A DNA stretch of 64,000 nt from Camelus dromedarius (taxonomy: Eukaryota): NCBI RefSeq assembly GCF_036321535.1, contig NC_087436.1, positions 42,038,001 to 42,102,000 of the forward strand. Reading direction: 5' to 3'. Position numbers and translations under genes: made by a program. The notes under the pieces were generated by a model that had not been told where the DNA came from, searched no databases, and saw nothing but the letters and a program-made list of their open reading frames with translations. This document shows, piece by piece, positions 55,141 to 64,000 of this stretch. Position 1 is the stretch's first letter. Every line of letters starts with the position of its first letter.

Positions 55141-58100
55141 CTAAGAGAAAGGTGAAAAGACAGCAGCTGCATGTGTAAGTAACCATCCCTACAAGATAAA
55201 CAGAAGCAACAAGTTACAAAGAAATGGAGAAATATAGGAGAAAGCTACTCATTTTCTAGCCTTTGTCAATAATCATCTGAGTAATGAGCTCTATTTATAT
55301 GCAACACATATGTATTAATCTATTATTGCCAAGGTTACATATCAGAATGAATTTTTTTTAAAATGTTATCTGAAAGAATTTGCATTCTGACATGAATAAA
55401 AATGATCACAGGAGCCAGGAGACTATAATCACCTGAGCTAGAGTGAAAGAAATCTGGCTCAAGAATGCTATTCAGTGTGAGTCTGTGAATTAAATCTGTG
55501 TCTCACAGAGTATGGAATCTCAAGATGCCACTGTGGTTTTCCCCCATTTTTAAGAACTCTTTTTTTTTTTTTTGGTGAAATAACAATTTCAGATGAAAGA
55601 AAAATTTAGAGGAAAATCTACCCCAGGCTTTGTTGGCTATTTATAGATATTGAATTTCTCGCCCCCTCTCCTCACAGGAGTCCTTTATCTTGCTGGACTT
55701 GCTCTCTCCTTCCACCTCCCCACAGGCAGTCCTGTGAAGGCGGGACTGAAATCCTACCTGCAGTGACAGAAAAGCCCCACAGGCCACCTGGGTTTGGGAC
55801 TTAGCACTAAACTGGGGAGCTCAGACTATTAAGCCATCTGCCCTGAAGTTTTCCCCCAAATGTTGTCATAGGATACAAATAGGCATACCTTTAAAACCAC
55901 CTTAAGATTTAAGCAGACTTTCGGAGATTATCGAATCAAGACTTTCAGAAATAAAAATGATGGAAGCAGACAAGCAGGAAAAATACATTCTTTTACACCA
56001 TGACTCGGACTTGGAAGAGATTGATAAAAGTAAAGTTTCAGTGATGCATCAGACTCAAAAAGGGTAAGTGTTACGATATGTGGATAGACTAATTTTATTC
56101 AAAACCAACTGCCCAATTTACAGCTGTGTGTGTATATGTGGATGTAGTGTAAATGAACACTCAGAAATTCTATCTTTAGGCATACAGAGGTATTAGATTC
56201 ATGACAGTAAAATGTTTTATCTAAGCATTGGAATATGAGACAATGGGATATTTTATTACCATATGCCATTACTAAATGATTTTAGTAATTTTGAAGAGAG
56301 GATTTAAATGGAGGGCTATTTCTCAAATTACCTATCTCTAGGCAGAAAGGTATCAATACAAAAAAGACTTGTTTCTTGTTGTCCTGCCAACTCAAATTCA
56401 ATCCTTAGCTTCCCCAAACCTGTTCATTTAGAGGCAAGCATAACTGAAAAATGAAAAATAAAAAGCCATGTGGTTGTTGTCCAATATTGATTAGCTGTAA
56501 ATAAGGTCATTTTGGAATGTTCATCGCCAGGTGTCTTCCACTTATTTTTCTAAATCATAGGCATGTGGATGGGCTAAAATTGAACCACTTCTGATACACA
56601 TAATGACTTGACATTTATAAGAGTATGAATTTAGAGCTTGCTTCAGACTAATTGGCCAAATCTGATAAGACAATTTTCCAAGCTATTTTATATAGTTTCA
56701 TTTCACAATCTTTTTATTTTTAATTTTCTGCCCATCACTCTCTTTCAAACTTATCACTCAGTCTTTAAAAGCAAACTGATTACAGTCCTTTGGGAAAACA
56801 ATTCCAAAGTGTAAACAATAATGACAGACAGTTTCAGTCTTCAATTTGGCTCCAAAAAAAGCTAATCCTACACAGGAGAAAGACATTTCAATTAAGAAAT
56901 GGCAGGCAACAATGAAAAAGAGACACTGACTGGCATAGAATATAACTCCTCCTAAATTCTCAGCATTGCTTTTAGTAATTTTGTGTAATGTGAAGGCTGC
57001 AAATGCTTCGCGTGTGTATTTTTATGGAAAATAGCTATAGGTGCTTTTGGTAAATTGCCTAACTCCACCATGTTATGACATTAACTTTCAATGTCTATTT
57101 GCATTAAGTCTCCATTATCAAAAGATGCTGGAGGTAAGTATAATGTAATACTAGGCATTTTTTCAGGATGTACTAGGGTCATCAACTCTGGATAAATCTT
57201 GTTGATAAGCTATGAAACTTATATAATGTTATAAACCAGTGTTAAATCAATAAAATAAATTTTAAAAAACACTATATTTTATTTGGACATGATAAAGTGC
57301 TTTACTTACCCTAATTAAGATAAAATTGCATTGCAGAAGTCAAATGCTTTGTCATCATGATATGTAAACATTAAAACAAGAAGCATATTAAATGATAGGA
57401 CAGCCAGTGATTTTCAGACATCATAATTAATCTAGGGTGAAGAGTGTGGAAAAAATAGTCTGCCTAACTTGGAAAAGTAAAAAAGTTTTTGTTTTTACCC
57501 TGGGAGATATATTGAATGGTTAAAAGCAGTATTTTCATGTTTTGTGTCCCAGTTGAGAAAGTATATTTTTCACATGATACACAGTGACACTTTCTTGTAA
57601 AATAGATTAAAATTGAACCCACTAAATCCAATGTCTCTAAATCATACAAAACACTAACAATTCAAAATGTCATTTAGTAATCCCCCTCTGCTCGTGGCGC
57701 ACAACAAATCCCTTCTTCTTGCGCATAGAAAATTGAGAAAGAATTTGCAGGAGAAAGATTTTCTTTAAAATCCATAAAGTTCTACCCTAGTTGTCTAATG
57801 ATTCCATTAAAGAGAAGAAAAACAAGAGGAACAGGGAACAATTGAAATTGGGATAGTTCACCCCCTCAAAAGAAATAGTCTCTTTTAATTAAAAGTATAG
57901 AATTTTGTTAAAGGAATTGCTCAAATTACTGACATTTTAAATCCTTTTTGCTTAAAGTTAATATATTCCTTCCTTAAACAAACATGTTAACTGCAAAGTG
58001 CATCAGGAGAATAATCATTTATGTGGTAATAATTTAAATATATAGATTTTAGGCTGAAGGTTTTGCTTATTCAGCTGTGACTAGCAGGTAGGTGTAACTT

Positions 58101-58689
58101 CCAAGAGCAGGAAGAAAACATGCATGGGGCTTTGTTTGGTTCAGTTTGTCTGGTTTTCTTTTGTTTGATGCTGTTTCTGCTCATTCCTTGACTCCCTCAA
58201 TATACTGACCACTAGAAACGTTGATATTTGCACTCTCAGAGTTCAATTTCCTCAGATTCCAGAATAGATAAGCACGAACCAGGTTTCTTTTGAAACTGTA
58301 AGCCCTGTTCCTCTGTGCTGCCTTTCTATTTCCCCTTCTTCCAAGAAGACTGGAGATAATAATTCCCTTAACAGAGACAAATAAAATGTACCCCAAGTGC
58401 AGAAAGAGGGAAAGAAAGAAGGGGAAAGTAGGGAGGGAAGGAGAAAGGGAAAGAAGAAAGAAAGCAAGGGCCAGAGGGAGGTCACTGTGACCAAGATTAC
58501 TTCCAGACTGTTCCTCAGCTTTCTATGGGACAGATTACAGATTTTTCCAAACATGGATTCTAAATTTAGAAGCTGTATTGGACTGCATTTAAGTAAGGAA
58601 GAGCTAAAGTCTGTTTAGAAAATTCTCTATTTTTTCCTTCAATCTTGTACTATTGCAAAGTTCACATACAAAGCCTTACTAAAATCAAG

Positions 58690-58860
58690 TCACCATTTAC
58701 TGAGCATGATGTACAAAGATTACTGAATATATTGTCTTCACAACAACATTATAAGGTAGAATTTTGTAGTTTGCAGATGAGAAAGTTGAGGCTTAGGAAA
58801 TGCTGTTTGCTCTGTTTCTAAGTATTAAAACTAAGAATTAATCTTTAGTCTTTCTGACAG
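58690..58860 (-). mobile_element. MIR SINE fragment
   Basis: ccatttactgagcat...cttcacaacaacattataaggtag...ttgcagatgagaaagttgaggcttagg. Confidence 0.65.
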
Positions 58861-60984
58861 TTTCTATCAGTATTGAAACCTTTGTGCATTTTACTCGTGG
58901 CAGGAGGTAGATTAGGAGTTCAAGTCTTACACTAGCTCTGATGATGTCTAAGGCAAAGGTTTAACACCTGACCGGCCCCTCACAGTTGTGGCCCTGGGTA
59001 GGTCACTCCGATGGCCTTCATTAGCTCTCTGAAAGCCTCCTTAACAGCAGCCATCTCGCTGGTGTTAGTGTGGGTGATGCCCGGTGGCCGCCATAGATTG
59101 CGAGCTGCCCAAGGGCGGTGCGTACTCTGTCAAGTGCTTTAGCCTCCACAGACCGATGTAGTTGGGGCTCAGGAAATGCTTGCAGAAACAACTGGTTATA
59201 AATTATTATAATTTACTGTGATTTCAATGTACTTGGGGGAAAGATAAAATTCTGTGCAAATGGTAACCTTCTAACAGCAGCTGCTTAGATGGTTAACTGC
59301 TGACATACTGCCTCACGGTCAAGTATTTGCCTCTGGTTGGAAACACGATACGCAGTGAGTTCAACTTGGAGAAAATTATGTGACTATCTCATCTGCTGAT
59401 ACTTGAGTCAGCTTCCATTGCCAGGCAAGGCCTTTTCTATCCATTGTTAGAAGGCACAGAAGAGGGTTTTCTCTCTACTTCTATGTAAATGAAAGCATAA
59501 CTTCATTCAGAGAAACTGATTTCACTGAAGTTTCAGGAATAAATCTAAATACGTTACTTAAAATCAGAAGTTAGAAAAAAATGGTTCTTTTTATCATTTC
59601 TGCCTGGTAGTGTATAAAACTTATTCTTTTCCAAAGGGAGAAAAAAACAAAAAAGATAATCATCTTGGGCTAAGTGTGCCAAATAAATCCTTCCTTTGCA
59701 TCCATTATCCCCATCGGCTAACTACTCAGGTCATTTGATTGTTCTGGCACAGTAACTTGCCATCTGAGAAATAGCATTGTTACAGCAAGAAAACTGTTGC
59801 ATCTCGCAGTGTGCCGGGTCCGAGCAAAAACACAGCAAATTTATAATTAAAGTGAATTAAACAATTTTGCTAGAATGGATAAAGGCAATTGATATCTGCA
59901 GACATATATATTTAGACAAACATAAGAAGCAAATTGAGCATGTCATTGTTTCAAATTGGAAATTAAAAAAATAATAGATTACTCAGAAAGCCCAGAAAGC
60001 CATCCAGGAACACAGAAAAATCGGCCATGGTGGAAATTTTAAGTGTGAAAGTGATGCAATTAAATATAATTGGACATCGCTCTGAACAGCAAGATGATAC
60101 ACAGGGCAATCAAGAATAGATACAGAATAGGAAAGAAAAAATTGAAGACGGCACCATCAACAGTCATATTTTTTAAAATGTAGTCAGGCAATGTGCATTA
60201 TGGCTTTCAAGTAAAATTACTTTGACAGTTTCATTTGGCCCATAAATGAAGTGTTTTGTTCACCAAATCTCTATAGTACCTCAGGACTTCCGAAAGTCAT
60301 TCGTGATCCTTAGAACAAAGGGCTGTTAAATTCAAACTTGAAAGGCTCACAGTGATACTCTGAGATACACCTACGTCGTTTTATTTATACATTAGCTCAA
60401 CAATCTCTGATATATTTCTACTACGGGTCAGGTAATAGGAAATGCCAGGACGTATGATCCTTGCCCGCGTGATCCGATTGCTCAGAGTAACGTGTTGTGA
60501 GAGTCTTACACAGAGTGCTAGGTAATCCCAGAAAGAGAGCTACTAACTCCCTGGGATTATGAAGAAATCCAGTCTGACCTGAGTCTTGTTGAAAGAGTAG
60601 AAATTTGAGAGGTAGAGAAGAGGTAAAGCAATTCAGATCTGAAAGATCAAGTAAGAGGGGAAATCTCTTTAGCTCCTTGTGCTAAAGCAGCACCAAGAAA
60701 TATTACAGCCTATAAAGGAATTACCTCAAGAGAAATAGCACTAAATTAAATGCATATATGGCAGCTCTGATGCCTCCACATTTTATGCTCTTGGAGAAGG
60801 AGGAGAAACCCTTCTATGTTTCCCCACGAAAATCCAGACCGCACGTATTCTCTCTACCCTGATCAAGAAGTTGTGATACACTACGTTTTTGCATTTCAAT
60901 GAGTCCTCCACTCTCCACATGATGTGAAGAAGTTGGAGATGAAGTAAATCCATAAAGAAGTTATGTCCCTTGAGAGTAAAGCAT

Positions 60985-61235
60985 ATTTTTTTAAGAACTG
61001 AGACTCTATAGTCAGACGACTTGAGTTAGAATCCTGGCTCTAACATTTACCAGGCAGCTTTGGGAAGTTCAGCAAATTTTGTCATCTTTCTGAGCCTTAG
61101 TGTCCTTATCTATGAAAAGGAAATAATAAGGCTTCAAAGGTTGCTGTGAGGAGTGAATGTGATCATGCTTATTAGCGTTTTGCGCGCTGCCTGCCACTGA
61201 GGAAGTGTTTCGTAGTTTAGTTATGGTTGTAATAA
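60985..61235 (+). mobile_element. MIR SINE
   Basis: ttaagaactgagactctatagtcagacgacttgagttagaatcctggctct...tctgagccttagtgtccttatctatgaaaagg...ggttgctgtgagg. Confidence 0.85.
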
Positions 61236-63559
61236 CTGTAATCAGGAGTCATGCACATACACACCTGTGCATGCAGAAGAAGGGAATTTTATTTTATCTT
61301 GACAAAAATTAACCAGAATCGGCTAATTGGTGTCTACCGCCTCCTTGACATCCTTTATCATATCTTAAGAATTTTTATTGAAAGTAAGCAAAGTGGTATT
61401 GGACAGCATGCTTCTCCAGTCTTGACAGCACAGCCACCCGTCATTACTAAGACTGCTTGCTACGTGAACAGCTAAGGGAAATAATAAGGCTGTCCCTCCG
61501 ATATGATGTACTGTCCAGGTGACATGTCTTTAAAAATTTTTTTCTCCCAAGATACATCCACTGCCACCACTTTATACTATTTTACTCTCTTTCCATTTAT
61601 TCCCCATCATAGGGATAGCTGAATCCTTACCTACAACTATAGCTCTCACTCCTCAAAGAGCCAATTGACAAGTCCTTCTGCTCCCTCCTTTTCAAAACTA
61701 TCTCTTCCTTCCATTTCCACTGCTATCAACCCAACCCAAGCCCCAGGCTCTCGTATGTGACCTACTGTAATGGCCACCTGTCCTCCAGACTGTAATCCCA
61801 CCAATTAATCCTCAAGTTCACGGCCAGAATACCCCTATGCTCAATAACCTCTAATGATACCATTACCTTTAAGAAAAAGTTAACATTGCTTAGGAAAATG
61901 TTCAAATGGAAAACTCAAAGAAGGAAGAAAATCACACTAAGATGCTTTTTCCTAAAAAAGCAATAGGTAAAAAGATAGACACATGGAAGGAAGGAGGAAG
62001 GAAGAGGGGAGGAAGGGAGCTCTTTGACTTTACAAATGAAAGTCAAGCTGACATCTAATGTGCTAACAGAGCAGCAGCCCTGCATTTCTCACCATGTGCA
62101 AGAGGAGAGAAGCTGCACATCATGGCCTGGTGACTACTACAAGATCTCTTTCAGGTATATTAACTTATAACATTGATTTTTTTTCTTAAAAACCGTCATT
62201 ATTAACCAAATGTATAAAAACAAAGGGATTACACCATCTCAGGGATATATTATAATTTCAAATGATAACTTCATTTTAGGTAAGATATTCAATGTATCGT
62301 GCTGTGCCATTTTTCTTGATACATTCTATGTATTTTTTGTAGTTTCACTGGTCACTATAGAGAAGTATAGTTCTCCTCTTGCTAACCATCAGATAAAATA
62401 TACCCTAATTAAAACAACTTGTTGTCTCTATCTCGGCAGGAAACTCCTCTCAAGAAGTCATAAAACTAAGAAGTTTTCATCCTCTGATCAACTCCAAAGT
62501 CTCTCTCAGGCTCTTTTTGTGCTGCTGATACTCATTTCCCAGATATTTTTAAGTTTCTTTGTCCTAAAAATTCACCAGGATGTGAGCACGCTTGAAAAAA
62601 AGGGAGCATCAGCACAAATGAAAGGTAAATGAATAATGAATTTCTTGTTTGTTCTAAATCCCATTTCAGTTCTAAGTTAGAAAAGCCTTGGGTAAAAAAC
62701 TAGGCTTAGGTAGCTCCACTGATTCTGCTTTAATTTTTTTGAGGCTGTAAATTTTTACAGTTCTTTTCTTTAACAGAAAAACTTTCCAAAATTTTCAACA
62801 GTGGCTCAGACACCACCACCATTGTTCCCCTCCCTCAAATTCTATCTGAATAATTTTTTTCTGAGCTCTGTTGAATCATAGAGCTTTCTGCCATATATAC
62901 ATATATAATATTACAAGTGTAATGTAATGTCTTAAATGTATTCATGCCTGTCTCCAAATATTCTGTGAACTATCAAAGCCACCCATTCCCAGGGACCAGC
63001 ACAAATTGTGTGAATCCCTTTATAATCTTTAAAATGGCACACACGCACAGAAGTAAAATTAAACTGAAGCTTGTCACCCTTATGTGGGCATTTGGCAAAA
63101 TATCTTTAATAAATAAACATATATATTTTTTCTTATCATAAAACTACCTCAGGCCTGCATGCTTCTTCCACTGGTAACCAGTCCCACTCACCTTCAATAT
63201 TTTTAAGATATTTTTCTGGAAAAATTCCTTCATACCTCTTGAAGCTGTGTTTGCTCTTTAACATAAAAATACGTAATAACTTTTTGAAAGAGTGTTGTTA
63301 TGGCAGAAATAAGATAATACATACATGTGCATAGCGAAATTGCTGGACAACATGGCCATTTCAGTTTTAGACAATTTGGCAAGAGGGATAACAGACTTGT
63401 CATCAGGGAACTGGTGAAAAATTTGCGGTTAAACAAAATGCCAGTAAGACAGTCATTTTGTATTTACTCCAATTTCTAATATAATTATCAATATTTTAAA
63501 AACAAAACAAAAATCAAAATGCTTTGGGCCAGAGAAACTGATGTGAAAATGAATACTTA

Positions 63560-64000
63560 GACAATAAGCAATCGGGGCTACAAAGGCTTACCTGAGCATT
63601 AGTTTTCCATTCCTCCTCTTGGATACAATTAGATTTACAACTCATCTGAAGCTGCATTCCTTGACAACTTTATAATCTGAAGAACCCACAGCAGCTGGCT
63701 CGTAACTCCTCCTCTAAGATTATGACTAACTAGTCTACCTGCCACCACCCCAAAAGTCATTCCCTCCCTCACAACCAGATGTCACAAAATATACCTGCTC
63801 AAAGCTTTTCAATGGCTCCAACTGCCTTCTGAGTAAAAACTAAATTTCCTTGCACAGCACTTTGTGATGTAGCTCTGCTTACTTGGCCTCAGGGCCCTGC
63901 CATCCTATTCATGGATTCTCCATGAATGCTGAAAATAAAATCTGTGGCTCCCCAAGCACACCATGGATTTTCCAAAGATACCCTTTCTTTCTGATTCCTC
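63560..64000 (+). mobile_element. L2 fragment
   Basis: cctgctcaaagcttttcaatggctcccaactgccttctgagtaaaaactaaatttccttgcacagcac is typical sense L2; a similar block lies at about 61700-61880. Confidence 0.55.

Noticed and set aside
62210..62632. 140-aa ORF
   Set aside because: AT-rich codons, no recognisable motif, no promoter or splice support; consistent with a chance ORF.

Overview
Mammalian genomic DNA, AT-rich and CpG-depleted. It is most likely camelid (Camelus/Vicugna/Lama), judged by a Vic-1-type tRNA-derived SINE and cetartiodactyl-type L1 3' ends. The only protein-coding content I can support is the 3' part of NDST4 (heparan sulfate N-deacetylase/N-sulfotransferase 4) on the + strand. 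It consists of seven GT-AG exons (3495-3591, 8063-8186, 10075-10249, 15722-15892, 16835-16944, 20444-20546, 23112-23231) that splice in phase into 299 codons plus a stop, encoding the intact sulfotransferase domain. The gene starts upstream of the window. A 3' UTR with several candidate poly(A) signals follows, then about 37 kb of intergenic DNA filled with ancient repeats (L2, MIR, L1M, MaLR/ERVL LTRs, hAT-Charlie elements) and a few younger insertions with target-site duplications (TSDs). I found no new biological system. The most worthwhile observations are a twin-primed 5'-inverted L1, a decayed ERVL dUTPase with a nested inverted PPT-LTR fragment, a candidate MER119-derived poison exon competing with a weak AAG acceptor, and a possible long alternative 3' UTR. 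Repeat family names come from recalled consensus sequences, and repeat boundaries are approximate unless TSDs are given.
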